Part shown: in pieces, positions 9,987 through 20,186 of the stretch
Layout of the letters: the number at the start of each line of letters is the position of its first letter
How positions within the stretch are numbered: position 1 is the first letter of the stretch
Assembly (NCBI GenBank): GCA_964345605.1
Contig: CAYFSA010000005.1
Coordinates: 1-49,765, forward strand
DNA length: 49,765 nucleotides
From: an uncultured Ectothiorhodospiraceae bacterium
Lineage (GTDB): Bacteria; Pseudomonadota; Gammaproteobacteria; CAYFSA01
Direction: 5' to 3'
Notes under the pieces: model-generated
Seen by the model: the letters and a program-made list of their open reading frames with translations, nothing else
Database searches by the model: none
Told to the model about the DNA's origin: nothing
Position numbers and translations under genes: made by a program

Positions 9987-10478
9987 TCAGAACAGCTTGA
10001 CGATGGCGGCGATGGCCAGAACTTGAGTGAACATCAGAGGCACCAGCCATTTCAATAAATCCGCCTTCACCCGCGCGACCTCGCCGCGGATTTGCTCTAT
10101 TTCGAGTTTCAGGTCGGCGCGCACCTGTTCAATCTCCTTATGCAAGCGTGCTTCGACTTCCTGCACCCGCGCCTCGACTGCTTTAATCTGCAACGCCACA
10201 TCCTTGATTTCTTTTTGCAAGCGAGACTCGACCTCCCTAATCTCCTTTTGCAGACGTGCCTCGACCTCCCTAATCTCTTTTTGCAGGCGTGCTTCGACTT
10301 CCTTAATCTCCTTTTGCAGGCGCAGCTCCGTCTCGCTGACATGGCCTTGGGTCGCGAGATCACTGATCTGCGGGAACCGCGCTTCCAGGGCATCGAAGGC
10401 ATCGGCGATCAGCCGCGCCCGCGTCTTCTCGTCCGGTGCTTCGGTTAACTGGGCATAGAGCTCAAGGGCTGCACTCAT
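9987..10478 (-). CDS. CCDC90/DUF1640-like membrane-anchored coiled-coil protein
   Basis: Small head, LAT neck, RLQKEIxEVEA coiled-coil repeats and a C-terminal TM segment (LLKWLVPLMFTQVLAIAAIVKLF). Confidence 0.8.
   Translation of the reverse strand: MSAALELYAQLTEAPDEKTRARLIADAFDALEARFPQISDLATQGHVSETELRLQKEIKEVEARLQKEIREVEARLQKEIREVESRLQKEIKDVALQIKAVEARVQEVEARLHKEIEQVRADLKLEIEQIRGEVARVKADLLKWLVPLMFTQVLAIAAIVKLF
10191..10322 (-). repeat. Four tandem 33-bp intragenic repeats (11-aa hendecads)
   Basis: RLQKEIKEVEA / RLQKEIREVEA / RLQKEIREVES / RLQKEIKDVAL, with high identity at the DNA level. Confidence 0.85.
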
Positions 10479-10587
10479 GGTCGCCTGTCTCTCGGTCGCA
10501 TTCAGTCAGCTTCAGGGCACGCGGTTGCTTACTCTGCATCGCTTGTGACACCGCCATCCTAGCAATGTCACAAGGCGTTGCAACAAA

Positions 10588-11976
10588 TCAGCCCAAGGCC
10601 TTGATATGGGCGATCAGTTCCGCCGCCATTTTCTGGCCGTCGCCATACAGCATGCGGGTATTGTCGGCGAAGAACAGATGGTTCTCAATGCCGGAGAAAC
10701 CCTTGCCGCGCCCGCGCTTGATGATGAATACGTTATGGGCATAGTCGGCGTTCAGGATGGGCATGCCGTAGATCGGGCTGTTGGGATCGGTGCGCGCGGC
10801 CGGGTTAACCACGTCGTTGGCGCCAATCACTAGGGCCACGTCGGCGGTGGCGAACTCTTCGTTGATCTCGTCGAGATCAAAGATGATGTCATAGGGCACC
10901 CCCGCTTCGGCCAGCAGGACGTTCATGTGGCCTGGCATACGCCCGGCGACCGGATGAATGGCGAATTTCACGGTCACGCCCCGCTTTTGCAGCAGCTCGA
11001 CCATTTCCCAGATCTTGTGCTGGGCCTGCGCCACCGCCATGCCATAGCCCGGGACAATAATGACCTTGCTGCCAAAAGCCATGGTAATCGCCGCGTCGTT
11101 GGCCTCGATTTCTTTCATGGTGCCCTCAACCGCAGCGGCCTCGCCGCTGTCGCTGCCAAAGCTGGAGAACAGCACATTGCGCAGGGAACGGTTCATGGCC
11201 TTGGCCATCAACTGGGTCAGCAAGGTACCCGCGGCGCCGACCACGATCCCGGCGATCATCATGGCCGGATTGCCCAGCACGAAGCCCTCGAAACCGACCG
11301 CCAGGCCGGTCAGGGCGTTGTACAGGGAGATCACCACCGGCATGTCAGCACCGCCGATGGGCAGGGTCATGAGGATACCGAAGACAAAGGCCAGGGCGAA
11401 GAAGGTGATCAGCACTGTCATGTTGTAATCGCTGCTCACGGCGAGCACCACGCCCAGGGCCACGATCATCAGGAAGACCAGGGCATTGATGAGCTGCTGA
11501 ATGCCGAAGCGCAGGGTTTTCTTCAAAATACCCTGCAGCTTGGCGAAGGCGATGACCGAGCCGGAGAAGGCGATGGTACCGATAAGGGCGCCGAGCACGG
11601 CAATGGTCTGTACCACCAGGGTCATCTCGGCGCCCTTGACCAGCTCCACGGCGGCGATGGCCGCGGCAGCGCCGCCGCCCATACCGTTGTAAATGGCGAT
11701 CATCTGCGGCATGTTGGTCATGGCGACCACCCGCCCGGTCCACCAGGCCAGGCCGCCGCCCAAGGCCATGGCGGTGATCATCAGGACATAATTGGTCAAG
11801 GCCTGACTGCTGCCGGTAATGGTCGGATGGGCAAAGGTCACCACGGTCGCCACCAGCATGCCGACGCCGGCCCAGATGATGCCGCGGCGCGCGGTGACCG
11901 GCGAGCTCATTTGTTTGAGGCCGACGATGAAGGCAATCGCGGCTAGGAAATAGGCGCTTTGAATCAGCGTCAGCAT
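10588..11976 (-). CDS. pntB: NAD(P) transhydrogenase subunit beta
   Basis: MPQMIAIYNGMGG, IGGADMPVVISL, HPVAGRMPGHMNVLLAEA and GANDVVNPAA motifs. Confidence 0.97.
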   Translation of the reverse strand: MLTLIQSAYFLAAIAFIVGLKQMSSPVTARRGIIWAGVGMLVATVVTFAHPTITGSSQALTNYVLMITAMALGGGLAWWTGRVVAMTNMPQMIAIYNGMGGGAAAAIAAVELVKGAEMTLVVQTIAVLGALIGTIAFSGSVIAFAKLQGILKKTLRFGIQQLINALVFLMIVALGVVLAVSSDYNMTVLITFFALAFVFGILMTLPIGGADMPVVISLYNALTGLAVGFEGFVLGNPAMMIAGIVVGAAGTLLTQLMAKAMNRSLRNVLFSSFGSDSGEAAAVEGTMKEIEANDAAITMAFGSKVIIVPGYGMAVAQAQHKIWEMVELLQKRGVTVKFAIHPVAGRMPGHMNVLLAEAGVPYDIIFDLDEINEEFATADVALVIGANDVVNPAARTDPNSPIYGMPILNADYAHNVFIIKRGRGKGFSGIENHLFFADNTRMLYGDGQKMAAELIAHIKALG

Positions 11977-12273
11977 TTAGTGGCCTCCCTTGCTTGATTT
12001 GAACATCTCCAGCATGCGCTCGGTCACGACATAACCCCCGGCGGCATTGCCGGCCGCCAGCACCACAGCGATGAAGCCGATCACTTGCTCGGTCACGGAC
12101 TCGGCATGGCCGAGGGTCACCATGGCGCCGACTAAGACGATGCCGTGCACGAAGTTGGAGCCGGACATCAGCGGGGTATGCAGGATGACCGGTACCTTGG
12201 AGATGACCTCATAGCCCGTGAAAGCGGCGAGCATGAAGATATACAGAGCGACAAATCCTTCGATGACGATCAT
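11977..12273 (-). CDS. pntAB: NAD(P) transhydrogenase subunit alpha part 2 (membrane)
   Basis: VPVILHTPLMSGSN and GGYVVTERMLEMF motifs. Confidence 0.95.
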   Translation of the reverse strand: MIVIEGFVALYIFMLAAFTGYEVISKVPVILHTPLMSGSNFVHGIVLVGAMVTLGHAESVTEQVIGFIAVVLAAGNAAGGYVVTERMLEMFKSSKGGH

Positions 12274-13406
12274 GCGGATTCTCCTGTCACCAGTTGGCGA
12301 GTGGGTTCGTGAACAATTTCCCCGGCACGAGTCAGTAGGCTGCCGGCAACGACCTCGTCGTCCCAGTCGATGGCCAGCTCGCCCGCCTCGGTCAGCAGGG
12401 GCCGGAGGAAATTGAACAAATTCTTGGCGTAGGTTTCGCTGGCGTGGTAGGCCACCTGGCTGGGGACATGCAGCGGGGCGTGGATGGTCACGCCCTGCTG
12501 CACCGTGGTCTCGCCCGGCTGGGTCAGCACACAGTTGCCGCCACCCTCGGCCGCCAGATCGATGATCACCGCGCCGGCCTTCATGCCGGTCACCATGGCT
12601 TCGCTGACAATTTTCGGCGCCGGCTTGCCCGGCACGGAGGCCGTGGTGATCAGGACATCCGCCTTGGCGATATGCCCGGCGAGTTCGTCCTGCTGGGTCT
12701 GGCGCTCGGCTTCAGTCAGCTCGCGGGCATAGCCGCCCTCGCCTTCCGCCGTGATGGACAGCTCGATAAACCGCCCGCCGAGCGACTCGACCTGCTCCTT
12801 GGTGGCGCTGCGCACGTCGTAGGCATCCACCTTGGCGCCCAGGCGTCTGGCAGTGGCAATCGCCTGCAGGCCAGCCACCCCGGCACCGATCACCATGACC
12901 TGCGCCGGCCGGATGGTGCCGGCGGCCGTGGTCAGCATGGGGAAGAACCGCGGGCATAGATCCGCACCCATAATGGCTGCCTTATAGCCGGCCACGGCCG
13001 CCTGGGAGGATAGAACATCCATGGCCTGGGCCCGCGAGATCCGCGGGATCAGTTCCATGGCGAAGGCCGTCAGGCCCCGGTCACGCAGCTTGGCGACCCG
13101 CTCCGGGAAGCGGCTTGGGTACAGGGTACCGATCAGGATGGCGTCATCTTTGAGCCGGGCGATATCCGCTTCGCTGGGGGGATTCACCGTGAACACGACA
13201 TCGGCGGCGGCATACACCGCGGCATTATCGGCGACCCGCTCGACATCGGCAAAGGCGTCCTCGGCAAAGCCGGCGGCCAGGCCCGCTTCCTGCTGCATGA
13301 GGACGCGCACGCCCTGCTTGTGCAGCCGGGTCGCGGTGCCCGGCTCCATAGCCACGCGGCGCTCACCGCCAGCGGCTTCGTTCACAATTCCTAGCGTTAT
13401 TGGCAT
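12270..13406 (-). CDS. pntAA: NAD(P) transhydrogenase subunit alpha part 1 (soluble dI)
   Basis: ERRVA, PRISRAQAMDVLSSQ and GAGVAGLQAIATA motifs; ATG 13406 has a GGAG RBS. Confidence 0.95.
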   Translation of the reverse strand: MPITLGIVNEAAGGERRVAMEPGTATRLHKQGVRVLMQQEAGLAAGFAEDAFADVERVADNAAVYAAADVVFTVNPPSEADIARLKDDAILIGTLYPSRFPERVAKLRDRGLTAFAMELIPRISRAQAMDVLSSQAAVAGYKAAIMGADLCPRFFPMLTTAAGTIRPAQVMVIGAGVAGLQAIATARRLGAKVDAYDVRSATKEQVESLGGRFIELSITAEGEGGYARELTEAERQTQQDELAGHIAKADVLITTASVPGKPAPKIVSEAMVTGMKAGAVIIDLAAEGGGNCVLTQPGETTVQQGVTIHAPLHVPSQVAYHASETYAKNLFNFLRPLLTEAGELAIDWDDEVVAGSLLTRAGEIVHEPTRQLVTGESA

Positions 13407-13720
13407 GCGTTGACTCCGTGGGTTGGAAATACGCTTCGATGCTGGCAAACGCATTGCAAAGTAACGTATTCAGCGGCAGTTTTGAAGGTAGCTTCAAGGG
13501 CCAGGACTACCCGGCCCTAGTTAGGCGCCTTGGTCCAAACATTGGCCCAAACATGACAGCCATATGACGGATGATTGCAATTAACCCCTTGCACAGGCAT
13601 CGAACCAACAGCTAATCGCGTTCAAGAATTGCATTTGATACGTGTTTATGGGTAGATTGCCCCAATCCAACGAACCGATGCTGGCGGGTGTTGGCATCGG
13701 CCTAACAAACGGTGGTTGAG

Positions 13721-14332
13721 ATGCTTGCAACGCTTCGCCAGAATGTCCTGCGGACGGATGTAGCGGGTTTGCCTTTGGAGTGGCTCGACTATCAAGAGGC
13801 TGTGAGACTTTATCATGCCGGCCAGGTTGCCTATACCTGCGGCACGTTGCTTTATCGTATTCGTGGTGGAATCAATGCCAAAACAGGCTACCGCAGCACC
13901 ATTGAAGTCAACTCCATCATAGCTACGTTCGGCACCAATCACCGTGCCCATCAGGCTTATATCCCGCCGCTGAACAACAGCACCCTGTTTCGCCGCGACG
14001 CCAATCTTTGTCTGTATTGTGGCCAGCGCTTTCATCGCCACGAGCTTTCCCGTGACCATGTTCGCCCCATCTCCCAAGGCGGCAGCAATGACTGGAAAAA
14101 TGTCGTCACTGCCTGCAAGCGCTGCAACAACCATAAGGCTGGGCGCACCCCGGAGCAGGCCCATATGCAATTGCTTGCGGTTCCTTTCATCCCGACGCAC
14201 GCCGAATACGTTTACCTGCAGGGCCACCGTGTACTTGCCGATCAGATGGAATTCCTGCTCGCCCATTTCCCCCGTAGCAGTCCGCTGCATCAGCGCTTGA
14301 CCGCCGAAGTCGCCACGCGCCGGCTTTCCTAG
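13721..14332 (+). CDS. HNH endonuclease (McrA-like Zn-binding)
   Basis: RRD...CLYCG...RDHVRPISQGG...NVVTACKRCNNHK; start is ATG 13721 or GTG 13712. Confidence 0.88.
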   Translation: MLATLRQNVLRTDVAGLPLEWLDYQEAVRLYHAGQVAYTCGTLLYRIRGGINAKTGYRSTIEVNSIIATFGTNHRAHQAYIPPLNNSTLFRRDANLCLYCGQRFHRHELSRDHVRPISQGGSNDWKNVVTACKRCNNHKAGRTPEQAHMQLLAVPFIPTHAEYVYLQGHRVLADQMEFLLAHFPRSSPLHQRLTAEVATRRLS

Positions 14333-14405
14333 CAGTCTTTGCTCAGCGCCATGATTGCGTTTCATCAATACCTAAGCTTTTCGCCCGGATTTCCCGCCTA
14401 GTCCA

Positions 14406-14434
14406 TTGACATCCCTTATCGCCCACCCTAGTCT
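14406..14434 (+). promoter_or_regulatory. Putative sigma70 promoter of bciB
   Basis: TTGACA-N17-TAGTCT upstream of ATG 14502. Confidence 0.55.
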
Positions 14435-14501
14435 TGCGCTATTGCGCTAGCCGCTCCCGCCAAGCGGCTGACTTCCTTCCTCGTGACTCAGCGGTGCGCC
14501 T

Positions 14502-15800
14502 ATGGTCATTTCCGATTCCGACTCAGTGACGGCCAGCGCGGTACTAACCCCCCCGCTCGCCGAGCCCAAGGCACGTGATTTATGTACCGATTGTGGCATC
14601 TCGCGCAGTCAAGACCCGCGCCGGTGCGGTCGGGCCTGCCAATTCATCGAACCGAACTACACCCGCCTGGAACGTGATATTCACGGCCGCGAACGCAACC
14701 CGGCCAGCGGCGATGAACTGCATTTCGGGCATTATCTGGCGATGTATCGGGCGCGGCTCGAGCCGCGCCTGGCCGAGTCTCAATGGACGGGCATCACAAC
14801 CCGGCTAGGCGAGCGTCTGTTGGAAACCGGTGCAGTCGACGCTGTGCTCGCCACTGCTTCGTATCCCGACGATCCCTGGCGGCCACGCCCGGTAATCGTT
14901 ACCGAACCGGCGGGTATGGCCCAGTGCCGTGGTATGAAAATGGGTTTTTCGCCCTTGCTGGCGTTGCTTGATCAGGCGGCTGAATTCAATTTTAAACGTA
15001 TTGCCGTCATCGGTATTCCCTGCCAGGTCTATGCCCTGCGTGCCTTGGAGCACGAGCTTGGCTTGGAGCGGCTCTGGGTTATCGGCACGCCTTGCTCGGA
15101 TAACACCAGCACCGAGCATTTCCATACATTCCTCGACTTGCTGACCGACCGTCCCGAGCAGGTCAAATGGCTGGAATTCATGCCGGATTATCATGTAGAG
15201 ATGCATTTCACCGACGACAGCCGGCAACGCATTCCATTTATTCAATTGCCCATTGCCGATCTGCCCGATGACTTTTTCCCGCTAACCTGTCGCAGTTGTG
15301 TCGACTACACTAATGCCCTTGCCGATATTACGGTGGGTTATCTGGGCGGCAGCGGCGCACAATGGGTAATCGTGCGTAACCATCAGGGCCAGGAGCTCCT
15401 CGAATTACTGGGTAACGAGATTCGGCTTGAGCAGCCTGAATCCCGCGGCAACCGGAAGAACGCGGTGGCCGGCTATCGTGATACAGTGGCGCAATCGGTT
15501 GACGGCCTGCCGGTGCGGCGCGCACCCAAATGGGTACGGCCTCTGATCGGCTTTATGATGACCCATTTCGGTCCCAAAGGTCTGGAGCTCGCCCGCACTC
15601 GGGTGGAAATGAAAGCGGTGGAAGCAGTGCTCTGCTTGCGCCGCTTTCGTCCTGAACGGCTGAAGTGGATGGTGCCCAAACATGTCTTGCAGCTCGCCGC
15701 CCGCTACAATGTCACAGCGGAGGCCGACCCCGAAATGCAATTGCATGAGACGACAACGAAAGTGAGCCAACCGGCGTCCCCCTATTCCGAAAAGACCTGA
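14502..15800 (+). CDS. bciB: FrhB-family ferredoxin-dependent 8-vinyl reductase (BciB type)
   Basis: LCTDCG...CGRACQFI, QWTGITT, GIPCQV, GTPCSDN and CRSCVDYTNALADITVGY match the BciB/HCAR Fe-S flavoprotein motifs. Confidence 0.78.
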   Translation: MVISDSDSVTASAVLTPPLAEPKARDLCTDCGISRSQDPRRCGRACQFIEPNYTRLERDIHGRERNPASGDELHFGHYLAMYRARLEPRLAESQWTGITTRLGERLLETGAVDAVLATASYPDDPWRPRPVIVTEPAGMAQCRGMKMGFSPLLALLDQAAEFNFKRIAVIGIPCQVYALRALEHELGLERLWVIGTPCSDNTSTEHFHTFLDLLTDRPEQVKWLEFMPDYHVEMHFTDDSRQRIPFIQLPIADLPDDFFPLTCRSCVDYTNALADITVGYLGGSGAQWVIVRNHQGQELLELLGNEIRLEQPESRGNRKNAVAGYRDTVAQSVDGLPVRRAPKWVRPLIGFMMTHFGPKGLELARTRVEMKAVEAVLCLRRFRPERLKWMVPKHVLQLAARYNVTAEADPEMQLHETTTKVSQPASPYSEKT

Positions 15801-15888
15801 GCAGTGCCCCCTTGAATGTTGGCATTTATTCGGCGTGGGTTTATGCCGATGCTCATTGTGTTTGCCGCTCCCAACCTGCTGACTGCCT

Positions 15889-17319
15889 GTGGCCCTGCTA
15901 AGTAATTATGATTTTGTTCTGGTCGACCTCGAAACCACCGGCGGCCAGGCTACCCGGGATCGAATCACCGAAATCGGCCTTGTGCAGATCAGTCAAGGCC
16001 GGATCGTCAAGGAATGGCAGAGCCTGATTAATCCTGAGGTAACGATACCGCCGAGCATCACCCGGTTGACTGGCATCAATCAAACCATGGTGGCGAATGC
16101 CCCGGTATTCGGCGATATCGCCGAAACATTGCAGACATTGTTGGCTGAGCGGCTCTTCGTCGCGCATAATGCACGTTTTGACTACAGTTTTTTGAAGAAC
16201 GAATTCCAGCGCTTCGGTCTCGCTTTTCGTACTCGCCCGGTCTGCTCAGTCAAACTCTCGCGCAAATTGTATCCCCAAGCCAAGGCGCATGGCCTCGATG
16301 CCATCGAGCGCCGGTTCAACTTGGCCTGCAGCAACCGTCATCGAGCCTTGGCGGATGCCCGATTGATTTGGGAGTTTTTCCAAGCCGCTATTGCCGAGTT
16401 GTCCGAAACGGTCTTCACGACGGCGCTTGATACACTTTTGGATGGCCCGGCTCTGCCCGCCCATCTCGATCCGGTCAATATCGACGATCTGCCCGAGTCA
16501 CCCGGGGTTTACCGTTTCTATGCCGAATCCGGCAGCCCCTTGTATGTCGGCAAATCCGTGAATTTACGCGCCCGCGTTTTAAGCCATTTCAATGGTGACC
16601 ACCGGCATGCCAAAGCCTTGCGGATGAGCCAACAAATTCACCGGCTTGACTGGACCGAGACCGCCAGTGATTTCAGCGCACAGTTATTGGAAAGTCAGGA
16701 AATCAAGCGGCTTGTCCCGCTTTATAATCGCCGCTTGCGGCAAAGTCAGTCGCTTTATAGCCTAATCCTCGACCGCAGCGAGCAAGGCTATTGCCGCGTT
16801 CACCCTAGCGCTGAAATCGATCTCACCCATTGTGATTTCAGCCAGATCTATGGGCTTTTCAAGAATAAACGAAGCGCTGAGGCCAAGCTGCAGACACTAG
16901 CCCGCGACCATGGTATTTGCCTAAAATTTTTGGGCCTGGAAAAGCTGAGCCACGGGGCCTGCTTCAATTACCAATTAGGCCGTTGTCGGGGAGCTTGCTG
17001 TGGACAGGAAACAGCCGAGCAATTCAATTTACGATTGCTTACCGCCTTGCAGTCGATCAAACCCTACGTATGGCCCTGGGAAGAACCCATCGTAGTGAAG
17101 GAACGCGTCTCACAGGGACGGGAAGTGGCTCACTTGATCGCGAATTGGTGCTATATCGGCCTGGCCGAAGACGAATCGTCTTTACAGGAACTGCTTGCTA
17201 ACCCGCCTGCCAGACGCTTTGATTACGATCTCTATAAGATACTGATCAGGCATCTGCTCAGGCCAAAACATATGCAAATCATACCGCTAAGCCAACTGCA
17301 GATGCCCGCTACTGCATAA
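15889..17319 (+). CDS. DEDDh (DnaQ-like) 3'-5' exonuclease fused to a GIY-YIG (Cho/UvrC-like) nuclease
   Basis: DLETTG, HNARFDYSFL and HRALADA; then PGVYRFY...LYVGKSVNLRARV and a Cys cluster (C...CFNYQLGRCRGACCG). Confidence 0.88.
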   Translation: MALLSNYDFVLVDLETTGGQATRDRITEIGLVQISQGRIVKEWQSLINPEVTIPPSITRLTGINQTMVANAPVFGDIAETLQTLLAERLFVAHNARFDYSFLKNEFQRFGLAFRTRPVCSVKLSRKLYPQAKAHGLDAIERRFNLACSNRHRALADARLIWEFFQAAIAELSETVFTTALDTLLDGPALPAHLDPVNIDDLPESPGVYRFYAESGSPLYVGKSVNLRARVLSHFNGDHRHAKALRMSQQIHRLDWTETASDFSAQLLESQEIKRLVPLYNRRLRQSQSLYSLILDRSEQGYCRVHPSAEIDLTHCDFSQIYGLFKNKRSAEAKLQTLARDHGICLKFLGLEKLSHGACFNYQLGRCRGACCGQETAEQFNLRLLTALQSIKPYVWPWEEPIVVKERVSQGREVAHLIANWCYIGLAEDESSLQELLANPPARRFDYDLYKILIRHLLRPKHMQIIPLSQLQMPATA

Positions 17320-17370
17320 GTATGAATAATCCGACGTTTACAGGATAACTTGTCGTCTGCAAAAGACCAA

Positions 17371-17409
17371 AGGATGACATGGCCAGCCAGGGCCAACCAT
17401 GTCATTCCT
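17371..17409 (-). terminator. Intrinsic terminator of the atp operon
   Basis: Minus-strand stem ATGACATGG...CCATGTCAT followed by CCTTTGGTCTTTT, downstream of atpC and between convergent genes. Confidence 0.65.
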
Positions 17410-17445
17410 GCGGGCTAGGCAATGCCGTCCTGAGCGTCTGCCGAG

Positions 17446-17868
17446 TTAAACCGATTTGCGCAGCTTTTGTATAATCCTCAACTGTGCGACCGCTTCAGCC
17501 AGCTCCGACTGGGCCCGAGCATAGTCGAAATCAGCCCGCTTGTTGACCAGAGCTTCCTCGGCACGGGCTTTGGCTTCTAGCGCTGCCGCTTCGTCCAAAT
17601 CCTTGGCCCGAATGGCGGTATCTGCCAAAACCGTGGTCACATAGGGCTGCACTTCAATCATGCCGCCCGAGACATAGACATATTCCCAGTCTTCCTCATC
17701 TTCCATCTTGAGGCGGATTTCGCCGGGTTTAATAAAGCTGATGAACGGTGTATGCCGCGGCAGAATGCCGACTTCTCCATATTCTGCTGGTGCCACAAGC
17801 ATCTCGACATCCCCGGTATAGATTTCCCCTTCGGCAGAAACCACATCCGCATGAAAGGTTGTCGCCAT
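17446..17868 (-). CDS. atpC: F1 ATP synthase epsilon subunit
   Basis: GEVGILPRH, VSGGMIEVQP and LADTAIRA motifs; operon position. Confidence 0.97.
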   Translation of the reverse strand: MATTFHADVVSAEGEIYTGDVEMLVAPAEYGEVGILPRHTPFISFIKPGEIRLKMEDEEDWEYVYVSGGMIEVQPYVTTVLADTAIRAKDLDEAAALEAKARAEEALVNKRADFDYARAQSELAEAVAQLRIIQKLRKSV

Positions 17869-17886
17869 GAATAATCTCCCGAAACG

Positions 17887-19263
<1,377 letters not shown>

Positions 19264-19307
19264 TCAGTTTCCCCTTGTGGAAGTCTTTCTAAATCGGTGT
19301 CGTGTCA

Positions 19308-20171
19308 TTAAACGGCCGCGGCGCCACCAACAATTTCCGCAATTTCCTGCGTAATCGATGCCTGCCTTGCCTTGTTGTATGCCAATTGCAGCTCGTCGAT
19401 AAAATTCCCCGCATTGTCGGAAGCAGCCTTCATCGCCACCATCCTAGCTGCCATTTCGCAAGCGACATTCTCGACCACTCCTTGGTACACGACGGATTCG
19501 ATATACCGATTGAGAAGTCCATCAAGGACCTCTGCCGCATCGGGCTCGTACAGGTAATCCCAATGATGCTGGAGGGCTTCGGATTCTGCCGGCGGCACGG
19601 GCAAAAGCTGTGTCACCTGAGGCCGCTGGGTCATGGTGTTGACAAATTCATTTTCCAGCAGGTAGATGCGATCGAGCTCACCATCCCTGAATTTATCGGC
19701 CATTACCTTGATATTCCCCGTCAGGCTTTCAATATGGGGATTATCACCAAGATTGCTGGTTTCCGCGACAATATTGCCACCGAGCCGTTTGAAGAATTGC
19801 AGTGATTTCGCGCCAAACAGGCTGAGCTCAATTTTTGCGCCATGCTCTTCCCATTCCCGCATTAACCCAATGGCTTTCTTGAACAGATTGACATTCAAGC
19901 CGCCGCAAAGACCACGATCAGTCGAGATGATAATAATACCGACACTATTGATCTGATCACGCTCGACAAGAAACGGATGCCGGTATTCGGGATTGGCATT
20001 GGCAACATGACCCAGTACTTGGCGCATTTTTATGGCATATGGCCGCGACGCTTCCATGCGCGTTTGTGCCTTGCGCATTTTGGAAGCGGCGACCATTTCC
20101 ATCGCCTTGGTAATCTTCTGCGTATTCTTAATGCTTCGGATTTGCGTCCGAATTTCTTTGGCACCTGCCAT
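19308..20171 (-). CDS. atpG: F1 ATP synthase gamma subunit
   Basis: [19 protein letters not shown] and RQASITQEI motifs. Confidence 0.98.
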   Translation of the reverse strand: MAGAKEIRTQIRSIKNTQKITKAMEMVAASKMRKAQTRMEASRPYAIKMRQVLGHVANANPEYRHPFLVERDQINSVGIIIISTDRGLCGGLNVNLFKKAIGLMREWEEHGAKIELSLFGAKSLQFFKRLGGNIVAETSNLGDNPHIESLTGNIKVMADKFRDGELDRIYLLENEFVNTMTQRPQVTQLLPVPPAESEALQHHWDYLYEPDAAEVLDGLLNRYIESVVYQGVVENVACEMAARMVAMKAASDNAGNFIDELQLAYNKARQASITQEIAEIVGGAAAV

Positions 20172-20186
20172 AAAAAACGCCCTCGA

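Noticed and set aside
10191-10322. 33-bp repeats as a CRISPR array
   Set aside because: Contiguous in-frame coding repeats without spacers
10542-10574. Rex operator near pnt
   Set aside because: The half-sites are too far apart for TTGTGAA-N4-TTCACAA, and the site is downstream of the operon
10588-13406. Three-gene split transhydrogenase as a novelty
   Set aside because: Well-known Rhodospirillum rubrum-type organisation
13646-14368. 240-aa minus-strand ORF
   Set aside because: Antisense to the HNH gene, which has clear motifs
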